NCBI GenBank assembly: GCA_947458745.1
Contig: CANGYQ010000014.1
Location: 61,084 to 125,083 of the forward strand
DNA from: Bryobacteraceae bacterium
GTDB lineage: Bacteria; Acidobacteriota; Terriglobia; Bryobacterales; Bryobacteraceae
Direction: 5' to 3'
DNA length: 64,000 bases
Shown here: one piece after another, positions 43,701-54,242 of the stretch
Layout of the letters: each line of letters starts with the position of its first letter
Position numbering within the stretch: position 1 is the stretch's first letter
Notes under the pieces: model-generated
What the model saw: the letters and a program-made list of their open reading frames with translations, nothing else
Databases searched by the model: none
What the model was told of the DNA's origin: nothing
Position numbers and translations under genes: made by a program

Positions 43701-44151
43701 CCCGGCCGTTGAGCGGAAGTTCAATGATGCGGCGATTCTCGATCACCTGGCCGAGCGTGGCGTTGGTGGTGTTGACCAGTGGCGCCGTGGCCTCGACGTT
43801 GACTCGATCGGTGGCCGCGCCCACTTCGAGGCTGATGTCGAGCGACACGCGATCGCTGACCTGCAGAAGCACGCGGTTGCGCGCGGCCGCCTTGAATCCG
43901 GTCTTGCTGACCTCTAAGCGATAGGTGCCAGGGCGTAGCAGCGGGAACGAGTAAAGGCCTGCGTCCGCGGTGGTGAAGCGGCGCGTGATGTTGGTGGCGA
44001 GGTCAGTGATACTCACCTCCGCGCCCGGAATCGCGGCGCCGGTGGGATCGGTGACCAGGCCTTGCAGCGTAGCCGTCGACGATTGGCCGAAGGTCGCGTT
44101 GGCGAGCGCCAACAGGAGCAGGGTCGCAAGAACGCTAATGGATTTCGACAT
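40722..44151 (-). pseudogene. CarboxypepD_reg/TonB-dependent-receptor-like OMP split by a +1 frameshift near 43465
   Basis: Track ORFs 43381..44241 (N-terminus: signal peptide, 'LQGLVTDPTGAAIPGAEVSITDLATN...') and 40722..43436 ('[V]ISVITKSGTNQPHG...') are two halves of one gene. The conserved 'SAEFGRFNGGVISVITKSG' motif is broken at gagTTTCggg. Confidence 0.75.
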
Positions 44152-44234
44152 GGGGATGCACCTCTCTGAAGTAATACTGATGTAACAGTTTATCGGGAAA
44201 AACTCTGGCGTCATGGACCGGCAGTCGGCTCTGC

Positions 44235-46868
44235 CTAGCACCGCCTCAGGGTCAGCGTGACCGTTTCATCGGCCGGCAGACGGTACCGGCCGCGGCCAAT
44301 AGCCGGGAGATCGAGCTTCTCCTCGGGCGGAACGACGAGTTCGCCGGCGGCGTCCGGCGGGAGCGTCAAACGTAGAGTTCGATTGCCCAGCGTGCCTTGG
44401 CCCGCGAAGTGGATGACCCCGTGACGCGTCTGCACCTTCATCGAAAGGTCGGGAAGATCGCCCAGCTGGGGCTGCACTTCGTAGCGGTCGAAACCTGGTG
44501 ACAACGGGCGAATGCCGGCCAGACTCATGACCGCGACGTAGAGCGGCGCGCAACAGACGTGGCTCCAATTGTTGGGCGTATCCGGCTTGTTGCTTCCCCC
44601 GTAGAATTCTTCGATCGAGTTGTTCTGCAGCACGGAGGGCATCGTCGCATAACGTTCACGGAGTTCCTTGAGCAGGGCGTCCACGCGTCCGCCCTTGGCC
44701 AGCGCCCACAATCGCCAGGCGACTGGCTCGGTGGAGTTGTCGATACCGACGTTCTTGGGCAGCGTCGCCAGCAATTCGACGCTGCGCCTGATGTCGCCGC
44801 CAGGGCACAGGCCCAGTTCCACGGAGATGCCCAGCGTCATTTCGCTGTAATGCACATCACCGTCCTCGCGCCACCAGGGCAGGTTGTCGACAAACGCGCC
44901 GTGCTCCCGGCTCCAGAAGCGGGCGACCGTGGCTTTCAAAACGCGCGCACCGAGTTGCTCCAACTCCGCGGCGAGTTGGGTGTCGCCAAAGGCCCGGCAC
45001 ATCGGGGCCATTGCCTGGCTGAGACTGGCGGACCAAAGCAGGTTGAACGCGCATTGGCGGTCGCGTTGATTCGGATAACACCCGGCAAAACCCACATACA
45101 CAATCGGGAAGCCATAGTCCTCCTGATCCACCGGCAGAAGGCCATCCGCCTTCATCTTGCTTCGTAGGTACTTCACTTGACGCAGCAGCCGCGGATAGGG
45201 CTCCTGGAGCGGACCCAGGTCAGCGGTGTAGCGGTAGTAGTCCCAGCAGTCGAACGCGAACCGGACTCCGATATCGAGAATCGCGCCGCAGTGAGTGACT
45301 TCCAGCATTCGTTGGCCCAGGCGCGTAATCCGGTCATGTGATGGCCAGTTGTCCAGGAAGTAGCCCTCGGGAGTGCATCCCTGGCTGAAGCTCCGCAGGA
45401 AGCGCGCTACCTGGCGGTTCTCACCGGCAAGCGTTTGAATGGCATGCCGACCCAAAGACATCCCTCCGGAGTATTGATTGCGCTCCCGGCTCATGCCGTC
45501 AACGAAGGCTTCCTGGGCGGCGTTGCGCATGGTGTTGGTGGCGGCGTCGAAAACGCGCTGCAGCGGCGCCTCGCTGGTGATCACCCGTGGCTCGTGCGGC
45601 CACGGATACTCGCGTTTCAGAAGGCCTGGATTCGACACGGTGACGCTGCCCTTGCCCGGGTGCAGATGCACCTGCAGCCAACGGAGGCAGTCGAAGTCGA
45701 ACCAGCGGAAATGATTGACGCCTTCGCGGCAGATGAAGCGCGCCCACTTGTGATAGTGCGTGTTGAGAAGCGCCGGACCGCCAATCTTGTGCCCGTCCAG
45801 CGTCATCATCTCCAGTGTCACCCCGGCGGGCGCCTCAATTGTCACCGAGGGCCAGCCTACCGCTTGCTCTGGGAGCGCGAAGGTTAGCGTAGTGCCGCGT
45901 TCGGGGTCGAGTTCGACGCGCCACACATTCTCCCCGGCCGGCTGCACCGCTTGCGTCACCTCGGCTTGGTAAGCATTCGGCGGACGCACCGCGAAGTACT
46001 CGGCTATCGGCCGCCGCCACCGGATGCGATGCTGCTCGACCAGTGGCGCCGCTGAGACCCAGGTCTCGCGCATCAGCGGAATTGGGCGCGGGCGCAGCTC
46101 AAACTTGGAGCGGGCTTCGGCACCGTAGATGAACTTTCGCGGGCCGTGGATCCAGTTCATCACTTCGTTCGTCGGGTCAGCGAAAATCGGCAGGTTCGCG
46201 GGGCAGGGCGGAAAGTAGGGCTCCAGCCAATCCTCGTTTTCGGTGAAGCCCGCCTGGCTCCATCCCTGTGGATGCAGGCGCGCATCAAACTCCTCCTGCA
46301 GAGCGCGCATGAAGAACATGCGATGCTGCCCCGGTTTCCAAGCCTGCGACAGGTGGACGCGCCACGTGCCATCGGAGCCGATCACTTCCTTCCGGCCATC
46401 AGCGAACTCAAGTTCGAGCCGAAAGATGAAGCCCGGCCGTCCCATCGGGTGCGTGGCGTCGCCCTGGCCGAAATGCAGCACGGTGGCGCCGATCACGTTC
46501 TCACCTTTCGTAAGCACGGCGGTGAGGTCGGTGTGGTCCACCTCGGGCCAGCGCGGGTCGTGCGGCGCCGGTCCCCATTGAATGCGGCCGCCGTTCACCT
46601 CTAGCAGATACCGGCTGTCGCCGTGGATCCAGCCGGTGGCCTTGCGCGGCTTCTCGGTGAGCTGCAGCACGCGGCGGAAGAGGACGAACGTATTCGGCAG
46701 CATGCGCTCGCCGGGGTACCACAGCCACTTAGCAGGCGAAAGGTCCAGCGTGGGGGCAGCCGGCGCGGGCCGGGCCGGATCCGGGGTGTTCTGAGAATTC
46801 GCCTGTTCCGCGGAGAGTGCGGCCACGGCACAGGCATCAAGGATCTTGAGAAATCTACGGCGTTCCAT
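44235..46868 (-). CDS. alpha-L-rhamnosidase-like (GH78-like) six-hairpin glycoside hydrolase, Tat-exported
   Basis: 'MERRRFLK' is a Tat-like signal. 'AKWLWYPGERMLPNTFVLFRRVLQL...GDSRYLLEVNGGRIQWGPA' matches the N-terminal pattern of bacterial rhamnosidase-family proteins, and the C-terminal half is helical-barrel-like. Confidence 0.55.
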   Translation of the reverse strand: MERRRFLKILDACAVAALSAEQANSQNTPDPARPAPAAPTLDLSPAKWLWYPGERMLPNTFVLFRRVLQLTEKPRKATGWIHGDSRYLLEVNGGRIQWGPAPHDPRWPEVDHTDLTAVLTKGENVIGATVLHFGQGDATHPMGRPGFIFRLELEFADGRKEVIGSDGTWRVHLSQAWKPGQHRMFFMRALQEEFDARLHPQGWSQAGFTENEDWLEPYFPPCPANLPIFADPTNEVMNWIHGPRKFIYGAEARSKFELRPRPIPLMRETWVSAAPLVEQHRIRWRRPIAEYFAVRPPNAYQAEVTQAVQPAGENVWRVELDPERGTTLTFALPEQAVGWPSVTIEAPAGVTLEMMTLDGHKIGGPALLNTHYHKWARFICREGVNHFRWFDFDCLRWLQVHLHPGKGSVTVSNPGLLKREYPWPHEPRVITSEAPLQRVFDAATNTMRNAAQEAFVDGMSRERNQYSGGMSLGRHAIQTLAGENRQVARFLRSFSQGCTPEGYFLDNWPSHDRITRLGQRMLEVTHCGAILDIGVRFAFDCWDYYRYTADLGPLQEPYPRLLRQVKYLRSKMKADGLLPVDQEDYGFPIVYVGFAGCYPNQRDRQCAFNLLWSASLSQAMAPMCRAFGDTQLAAELEQLGARVLKATVARFWSREHGAFVDNLPWWREDGDVHYSEMTLGISVELGLCPGGDIRRSVELLATLPKNVGIDNSTEPVAWRLWALAKGGRVDALLKELRERYATMPSVLQNNSIEEFYGGSNKPDTPNNWSHVCCAPLYVAVMSLAGIRPLSPGFDRYEVQPQLGDLPDLSMKVQTRHGVIHFAGQGTLGNRTLRLTLPPDAAGELVVPPEEKLDLPAIGRGRYRLPADETVTLTLRRC

Positions 46869-46879
46869 GGCTTGTAAAA

Positions 46880-46895
46880 AACTGCGATAGCAGTT
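46880..46895. promoter_or_regulatory. operator candidate AACTG-CGATAG-CAGTT
   Basis: 16-bp inverted repeat lying 12 nt upstream of the GH78-like start (46868) and downstream of the minus-strand -10 element. Same arms as the site at 46995-47010. Confidence 0.45.
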
Positions 46896-46903
46896 GTGAG
46901 GTT

Positions 46904-46932
46904 AGAATATCGGAGTCGCCTGGCATTGTCCA
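46904..46932 (-). promoter_or_regulatory. sigma70-like promoter TGGACA-N17-TATTCT (minus strand)
   Basis: The minus strand reads TGGACA (46932-46927), a 17-nt spacer, then TATTCT (46909-46904). Confidence 0.35.
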
Positions 46933-46957
46933 GGGGAATTCTGCCAGGAGGCTGCGC

Positions 46958-46986
46958 TTGACAACGGCCCAAGAGTCCATTAGGCT
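46958..46986 (+). promoter_or_regulatory. sigma70-like promoter TTGACA-N17-TAGGCT
   Basis: TTGACA at 46958-46963, TAGGCT at 46981-46986. Lies upstream of the OMP gene that starts at 47026. Confidence 0.4.
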
Positions 46987-46994
46987 CAATCAGA

Positions 46995-47010
46995 AACTGA
47001 CGTACCAGTT
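46995..47010. promoter_or_regulatory. operator candidate AACTG-ACGTAC-CAGTT
   Basis: 16-bp inverted repeat starting 9 nt downstream of the plus-strand -10 element and ending 15 nt before ATG 47026. Confidence 0.45.
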
Positions 47011-47025
47011 GGGAAGGTGTCGCGC

Positions 47026-50000
47026 ATGAAAACGAAGGTCCTGTTATGTCTTCTGCCCCTGCCGCTGCTCGCCCAAGAACATCACGGGTTCGTTGCTCGG
47101 CAATATCACCGACCCCAGCGGCGCTCCGGTGGCCAAAGCTTCGGTGGAGATCACTAACATCGATAGCAACCAGTCGGTGAAGGCGGAATCCGATGCCGCC
47201 GGTCTCTACCAGTCGCTCTATCTGCGCCCGGGCACCTACCGGATTCGCGTGAGCGCCAGCGGCTTTAAACAGTCGTTGCGCGAGAGTGTGGCGATTCAGG
47301 TGGAATCCACGGTTCGCGCGGACTTTCAAGTGCAACTGGGTGAGGCGAGTTCCACGGTGACCGTCAGCGGCGAGGCGCCGCTCATCGAATCAGAGACCGC
47401 GTCCCTAGGCCAAACGGTCTCTTCCCGCACCATTGAAGAACTGCCCATCCAAGGCCGCAACGTCTTCGACCTCGCCGGCCTCACGGCGGGCGTCCAGGTG
47501 AACCCTCGCGCCGTGGGCGGCACGGCTTCTACTGGCGATAACGCCACGCCGCTCTTCGTGCAGTCCGATATTTCGATCAACGGTGGGCGCTTCCGGACCA
47601 ACGAATACCTGGTGGACGGCGTCAGCATCATGTTGCCCGAGAACAACAATTTTGCTTTCTCACCGAACCCGGATGGCACGCAGGAGTTCAAGGTGTTGAC
47701 CAACTCCTTCGGGCCGCAGTACGGAAGGTCAGGCGGCGGCGTGATCAACGTGGTGACCAAGGGCGGGTCGAACGACTTGCACGGCACGGTCTACGACTTC
47801 TTCCGCAACGATCGATTGAAGGCGAACAACTTCTTCTCGAATGCCAGGAATCAACGGCGTGCCACCTCTCACTTCAATCAGTTTGGCGGCGTTGTGGGCG
47901 GGCGCATCGTGCGCGACCGCACGTTCTTCTTCGCCGACTATCAGGGGCATCGCGAGGGCTATGCGGGCATTGCGGGAATCCTTACCGTACCCACCGCGGC
48001 CGAGCGTTCCGGCGACTTTTCTCGCACGCGAGTGGCGAACGGCAACTTGATCAACATCTACGATCCGCTCTCCACCACCGAAGTGAACGGATTGTTTCAG
48101 CGGACGCTGTTTCCTGGCGCCGTCATCCCGCTCGATCGCCAGTCCAAAGTGGCTCGCAACATGGTCGGCTACTATCCGATGCCGAATCGCACCGGCGACA
48201 CGGCGGCGCTGGTCAACAACTACGTCTTCGGGCCCTCGGGATACGTCAACTCCGACCAGTACTCAGGTCGCATCGACCATAAGCTCAGCGCCCGCAATTC
48301 ACTGTTTGGCCGCTACACCTTTAACACCGGCGAGACCCTCACGTCCGGTCCCTATGGCAACATCGCCGAGAACACTACCGGCGTGAATACGAACCGTGTG
48401 CACGCTGTTTCCATCAACCTCACCACCATCGTGAATGCAACTCGCATTCTGAACTTTCGCCTTGGTGCCACTCGGCGCTTTGAAGGGCGGCTGCCTCCTT
48501 CGGCCGGCAAGGTGGATCTGGTCGCCTTGGGCTTCCCAGCAGCTTACCAGGCACAGGTGGACGAGATCGCCTTTCCCACCACGACGGTGGTTGGATATGG
48601 ACAACTCGGCGGTGCTGACCGCATTCGCCGCGGCAACGGTGTCTATACCCTGGTGGGAGAGCAGACCGAGATTCACGGCCGGCACACGCTGGTCTACGGT
48701 GCCGACGTACGGCTCTATGATCAATCTCCTTATCAAGCTGGCAATCTATCCGGCAACTTCGGCTTTGCACTCTCCCAGACGCAGGGCCCGAACGCACAGG
48801 TGGCGGCCGTCGGCTCCGGCAATGGCCTCGCGTCGCTGCTGATCGGTTTCGGTGGCGGCGGGCATACCTCAGTGCCGGCGCTCCGCATCAAGAACTGGTA
48901 CGCGGGCGCGTTCATCAATGACCAGATCAAATTCAAGAAGCTGACGGTGAATGCCGGCGTGCGCTGGGAGTACGATCAGCCGCGCGTGGAGAAGTACAAT
49001 CGCTTCGCCAATTTTGATTTCAATGCGCCCTTCCCGATCCAGGTACCTGGGATCGGTCCGCTGACCGGTCTGCTTCGTTATGCTGGGCGCGACGGCGTGC
49101 CGCGCGGGCAGAACGACAGCACCTACAAGAACTTCGGGCCGCGCGTCGGCCTGGCCTACCGTGTGAGCCCGACGTTTGTGGTGCGCGCGGGATACGGCAT
49201 CTTCTTCGCTCCGCGCTTCGGCACCACCTCGGCGGGGAACTACGGCACCAGCGGATTCACCATCACCACGCCCTGGGTCTCTACGACCGCCGATGGAATC
49301 GGCTTTGGACGCTCGCTGGACGATCCGTTCCCCAACGGCCTGGCTGGCCTGCCGACCTCGCAGGCGGAGCGCCTCTTGCTGGGCCAGACCATCCAGTTCA
49401 TGGATCGCGGCAATGTGGCCAACATCTACAACCAGCAATGGAGCTGCACCATCCAGCGCCAATCGTTCGCGGGTATTCTTCTCGAAATGGGTTACGCCGG
49501 AAACCGCGGCATAAACATTCCCGTCTCGCGTGACTTCAATCAGATCGACCCCAAGTATCAAGCTCTCGGCAACGCCCTTTCTCAAACCGTCGACAATCCC
49601 TTCTTCGGCTTGGTGACGCTGGGTAATCTCTCCCTGCAACGTGTCTCGCGCGCTCAACTGCTACGCCCATACCCCCAGTACGTTGGCGTCAACACGAACT
49701 CGCCGGCGGTCGCACAGAACATGGGCATCTCCGGCTATCATTCGCTGCAACTTCGCGCGGAGAAGCGCTTCGCGCGCGGCTACAACGTGACCATCGTCTA
49801 CACAAAGGCAAAGCTGATCGACAACGGCTCCGGTCGCATTTTCGGGGAGAGCGCGTTCGTTCCTCCTGTCCAGAACGCTTACGATCTGGCCGCGGAGCGC
49901 TCGATCTCGGAGGGCGATGTTTCCCAGCGCCTGGTGATTTCGCATGCGGTGCAGATCCCGGTGCGCCGCATCCATCCGGTACTTGACCATGCTACGCGCG

Positions 50001-50446
50001 GTTGGTCGGCGTCGGGGCAGTTCTCCGCGAATACCGGCTTTCCGCTGGTGCTCTCTTCGATCGGAAACTCCGGCGTGGGCGGCGGCATCCTGCGGCCGAA
50101 CTCGACTGGTGTCTCCGCCAAGTTGAACGGCGATCCGCAGACGCGGCTGCTCCGTTACTTCGATACCAGCCAGTTCACCGTGCCACCGGCCTTCACTTTC
50201 GGCAATACGAGCCGCACACTGCCGGACGTCCGCGGCCCGGGGCGCGTGGCCTACAATGCGTCGCTGCAGAAAGCGTTCCCGATTCGCGACACGATCAAGG
50301 CGCAGTTCCGTGCCGAAGCATTCAATCTGACCAACACGCCCTTCTTTGGAAGGCCGGCGCAGCAACTTGGCGGTCCGGGCTTTGGCGTGATCAACTCGGC
50401 TAGCGGCGAACGCCAAGTGCAGCTATCGCTAAAAGTGAACTTCTAA
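47026..50446 (+). CDS. CarboxypepD_reg/TonB-dependent-receptor-like OMP (apparent frameshift between signal peptide and mature domain at about 47075)
   Basis: ATG 47026 (GGGAAGG SD) encodes MKTKVLLCLLPLPLLAQ in frame 1. The body ('NITGSLLGNITDPSGAPVAKASVEITN...', 'GGVINVVTKGGSNDLHG', ...SLKVNF) is in frame 2, which has no ATG or GTG before TTG 47093. Confidence 0.75.
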
Positions 50447-50454
50447 GGGGCACA

Positions 50455-51684
50455 TTGACACGCCGCGACCTTCTCACCTTTCCCTGGCTCTCGCCGTTGG
50501 CGCTTCGTGGGGCTCAAACCGCCGCGCCGAAGCGGCTGGTCTGCATCGGGCTCGATCTATCAATGCGCCCTGAGCAGTTCTTTCCCGTGGGCGAGTGGCC
50601 GGACTACCAGTTGAGCCCCTTGTTGCAGCCGCTTGCTCGCTGGCGGCAGCAACTCACCGTCTTCTCACATCTGGATCATCCTGGCGTCAGCGGCGGACAC
50701 TACGGCGTCCACGCGTTTCTAAGTGGCGTCCGGCGTGAACAGGGGAGCGGTTTCGCCGATGGCTGTGTCTCGATTGATCAGCTAGCCGACGAGCAAGTCG
50801 GCAAACAAACCCGATTCTCTTCGCTTTGCCTGGGCGTGGGCGGCGGGGACAATATTTCCTGGACACGGTCCGGCATCGCCGTGCCGAAGCTCGAGGATCC
50901 ATCAGCAACCTTCGATCTCTTGTTCCGCCCACCGACTCAGGGAGTGACGGAGGCCCGGCGATCCCGGCTTGCGGAAAACCAATCCATTCTGGCCCTGCTC
51001 CAACCGCAGGCGAAGCGGCTGGGTCCGCAACTCGATCGTTGGGACCGCGAGAAGCTCGACGAGTTCATCACCGCTCTGCGCGACTTTGAGCGCACGACGG
51101 AAGCAAGCGCTGCCTGGCTCGACAAGCCGCTGCCCAAGACTGCCGGCGACCGCCCGGTGTGGTCGCCATCCGGATGCATGGACAAGGTGCGGGCCACCTT
51201 CGAAGCGATGGCGCTGGCGCTCCAGGCGGACGCCACGCGAATCATCAGTTTCAACATCGGCACCGGTTTGCCGGTGACGAAGATTCCCGGCGTGTCCCGC
51301 AGCTATCATGACCTCTCCCACAGCGGGCAAGATCCGGACAAACTGCGCCAACTCCATTTGATCGAGTTGGCGCTGGTCGGCGAATTGGATCGCTTCCTGG
51401 GGACGTTGGCCGAACGCAAGGACATCGGCGGTGGCACGCTGCTCGATCACACCACGGTGATTTTCGGCAGCGGCATGGGTAACGCTAGTTCCCACTCGAA
51501 CCTCGACCTACCTGTGCTGGTGGCCGGCGGCGGCTTCCGGCATGGGCGGCATCTCTTCTTCCCCAAGCAGGGGCGCAAGCAAACACCGCTGTGCAACCTC
51601 TATGTCAGCCTGCTGCAGAAGATGGGCATCGAGCGTGACCGCTTCGGGTCGAGCAACGGGAATCTAAATGAGTTTCTGGCGTAA
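50455..51684 (+). CDS. DUF1552 domain-containing protein (Tat-type signal)
   Basis: TTG start after AAGGGG; 'MTRRDLLTFPWLS' signal. 'SYHDLSHSGQDPDKL' and 'LLDHTTVIFGSGMGNASSHSNLDLPVLVAGGGFRHGRH...PLCNLYVSLLQKMGI...FGSSNG' form the DUF1552 pattern. Confidence 0.75.
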   Translation: MTRRDLLTFPWLSPLALRGAQTAAPKRLVCIGLDLSMRPEQFFPVGEWPDYQLSPLLQPLARWRQQLTVFSHLDHPGVSGGHYGVHAFLSGVRREQGSGFADGCVSIDQLADEQVGKQTRFSSLCLGVGGGDNISWTRSGIAVPKLEDPSATFDLLFRPPTQGVTEARRSRLAENQSILALLQPQAKRLGPQLDRWDREKLDEFITALRDFERTTEASAAWLDKPLPKTAGDRPVWSPSGCMDKVRATFEAMALALQADATRIISFNIGTGLPVTKIPGVSRSYHDLSHSGQDPDKLRQLHLIELALVGELDRFLGTLAERKDIGGGTLLDHTTVIFGSGMGNASSHSNLDLPVLVAGGGFRHGRHLFFPKQGRKQTPLCNLYVSLLQKMGIERDRFGSSNGNLNEFLA

Positions 51685-54229
51685 GCTCCTCCCGCTGGCC
51701 GTCGCAGTCGTCGCGCCGATGTCCCCGGCCGCCGCGGCGCAACCAACGCCGCTGAAGGCGGATGCCTTTCTCGCTCGCTACTGCGTGGCCTGTCATGGCG
51801 GTGCGATGCAGAAGGCCGGCCGCCGCTTTGACGACCTCCCTTTGCGCGCCGGCGCCGACCTGCGCATCGCCGAACGTTGGGAGCAGATTCTGCATCAAAT
51901 CCAACTCGGGCAGATGCCTCCCGCCAAGATGCCGCAACCCTCCGCGCAGGAGCGTCAGGCGTTAACGGCCTGGATCGAGAATCTATTGACGGACGCGCGC
52001 CAGGCTGCGATCCCGGGCAACGGCCGTGTGGTCCACCGCAGGTTGAATCGTCTGGAGTATCTGAACACTATTCGCGATCTGTTCGGCTTTCGCGAAGGCG
52101 ACTTCGACCCGACTACGGCCTTTCCCGCCGACGAGGAGGTGGATGGCCTCCGCAACATCGGTTCGGCGCTACGCGTCTCTCGTCATCACGTGGAGCAGTA
52201 CATGAGCGCCGCCGACCAAGTGCTGGCTTACGCCTACGACGTGGCCGGCGTGAACGGCATTCCGAAGCCTGGCAGTTGGGCCGACACGCCGGAAACCCTG
52301 CGGTCCGGCCTGATGGCGTATGGCACTGGCGTTGTCAAGGCCGAGAAAGCGAATGGTCCGGCTTACATCCACCTGAGCCACGGCATTCGCAATCTTGAGC
52401 AGAACTACGACGCCAAGCTTTTCTTGGACGCCCTGCCGCAAGGCGTGCCGCACTCCGGTTGGTACGATATCGAGATCGAAGCCACTGCCGCGAACCGCCA
52501 TCATCCATACGGCAAAGAACTCATGATGCCGTTGACCATGCGCTACTACCCGGACTTGAAGTCGTTCTACGACGAGTCCCAGCCCATGCGCTTGGGTGTC
52601 GGACGGCAGAAGGCCACCCGCCAGAGCGAATGGAAGCGGGTAGCGCCCAACCTGGTCCACGCCGTGGACCTTCCCGACGAGAGATATGAGACCGTGCGTG
52701 CACGTGTCTGGCTCGACCAGGGCGCCGCGCCGTATCTCGCCTTCGTCAACGGGCCGCCGAAGGGCACGAAGCCGCAGTTCGTCTCCACCAAGCTCGATCG
52801 CTTCGATCCGACGGTCCCCAAGATCGACCGCAAGGTCTGGGAGAATCTCACGCTCCGGGCCGAACGCGACGAGCACTACTATCACTTGTACAAAGGCCCT
52901 GAGATTCGCATTCGCCGCTGGCAAGTGACGGGCCCCATGGCCGGCACAACGAAGCACGCTGCCCAGTCGCTCTTGTTCTCGTCCGTCGCTCCGGACGAGA
53001 ACAAGGTGAGCGATGCGAAGCTGTCCGCCGCGCTTGCGCAACTCGCCTCCACGCTGTTTCGCCGCCGCACCTCCGCCCAGGACGTGGCGCCGTACGTCGT
53101 GGCGGTGCGGCAGCGCTTAGACGGCAAGACCCGTTACGCCGAAGCGGCACGGCCCGTCCTCAAGGCTTTGCTGTGCGCTCCCGAGTTTTTGTTCCATACC
53201 GAGCGGGCAACGGCAGCAGGAACGTTGTCGGGAGAAGAGTTCGTCAACCGCCTCTCGTACTTTCTCACTGGCGGACCGCCGGACTCCACCCTGCGCGGTC
53301 TCGCCGTGCGCGGTCCGCTCGGCGGCGCCGCGCTGCGCGCGCAAACCGATCGCTTGCTTGATTCGCCAAACGCCGACCGCTTCTTCAGCATGTTCGCCGC
53401 CCAGTGGTTGGGCCTGAACCAACTGGGGACGATGCCACCCGGGCAGGAGGAATTCCCCGGCTACTACATCGACCGGCTGGAGCCCGCTATGAGGGAAGAG
53501 ACCTGGCGCTTCGTGGCCGAGTTGATGCGGTCCCGTCGCCCAGTAAACGATTTGGTGAACGCCGACTTCGCGTATGTGAATGAAGCGTTGAACCGGCGTG
53601 TGTACGGGTGGACCGGCGCAAAGGGCGATGACGTTGAGCGCGTCACACTCCCGGGCCACGTTCCGCGTCTCGGGCTGCTTCGGCAGGCCAGCGTACTCAC
53701 GGTGACCGCGAATGGCGTCGAAACGTCGCCCGTGAAGCGTGGCGTCTGGCTGCTGGACAAGATCTTTGGCACTCCGCCCAGTCCGCCGCCCCCTGATGTG
53801 CCGCCGCTCGAACCCGACATTCGCGGCGCCGCCACCGTGCGGCAACTGCTCGCCAAGCACCGCGCGAACGCAACCTGCGCCGAGTGTCATCAGAAGATCG
53901 ACCCGCTTGGTTTTGCTCTGGAGGGCTATGACCCCATGGGCCGGCCTCGCGAGAATTATCCAAGCGGGGCCAAGATCGACACCACGGGCGAGTATCGCGG
54001 GCACGGTGTCGCCAGTGCGGTGGAGGTGCGGGATTACCTGCTGGCCCATCCGGAATTGCTGGCGAACAACCTCGCCACTCGCTTGACCACCTACGCGCTC
54101 GGCCGGTCGCTCAGTTTGGATGACCGTGCCGCCGTCCGGCAACTAGTGGCCGTTTGGCGAAGCAAGGGCTACGCGCTTCGCGAGTTGGTTCATCTCATCA
54201 CTTCCGGCGAACCTTTCCGCCGGCCCTGA
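51668..54229 (+). CDS. DUF1587/DUF1592/DUF1595/DUF1588/DUF1585-type protein (cytochrome-c-like CxxCH motifs)
   Basis: 'FLARYCVACHGG' is the N-terminal PSCyt-like motif. 'CAECHQKIDPLGFALEGYDPMGRPR' and the C-terminal 'LATRLTTYALGRSL' belong to the DUF1588/DUF1585 region. Overlaps the DUF1552 gene by 17 nt. Confidence 0.75.
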   Translation: MSFWRKLLPLAVAVVAPMSPAAAAQPTPLKADAFLARYCVACHGGAMQKAGRRFDDLPLRAGADLRIAERWEQILHQIQLGQMPPAKMPQPSAQERQALTAWIENLLTDARQAAIPGNGRVVHRRLNRLEYLNTIRDLFGFREGDFDPTTAFPADEEVDGLRNIGSALRVSRHHVEQYMSAADQVLAYAYDVAGVNGIPKPGSWADTPETLRSGLMAYGTGVVKAEKANGPAYIHLSHGIRNLEQNYDAKLFLDALPQGVPHSGWYDIEIEATAANRHHPYGKELMMPLTMRYYPDLKSFYDESQPMRLGVGRQKATRQSEWKRVAPNLVHAVDLPDERYETVRARVWLDQGAAPYLAFVNGPPKGTKPQFVSTKLDRFDPTVPKIDRKVWENLTLRAERDEHYYHLYKGPEIRIRRWQVTGPMAGTTKHAAQSLLFSSVAPDENKVSDAKLSAALAQLASTLFRRRTSAQDVAPYVVAVRQRLDGKTRYAEAARPVLKALLCAPEFLFHTERATAAGTLSGEEFVNRLSYFLTGGPPDSTLRGLAVRGPLGGAALRAQTDRLLDSPNADRFFSMFAAQWLGLNQLGTMPPGQEEFPGYYIDRLEPAMREETWRFVAELMRSRRPVNDLVNADFAYVNEALNRRVYGWTGAKGDDVERVTLPGHVPRLGLLRQASVLTVTANGVETSPVKRGVWLLDKIFGTPPSPPPPDVPPLEPDIRGAATVRQLLAKHRANATCAECHQKIDPLGFALEGYDPMGRPRENYPSGAKIDTTGEYRGHGVASAVEVRDYLLAHPELLANNLATRLTTYALGRSLSLDDRAAVRQLVAVWRSKGYALRELVHLITSGEPFRRP

Positions 54230-54242
54230 GGACTTTTTTCCC

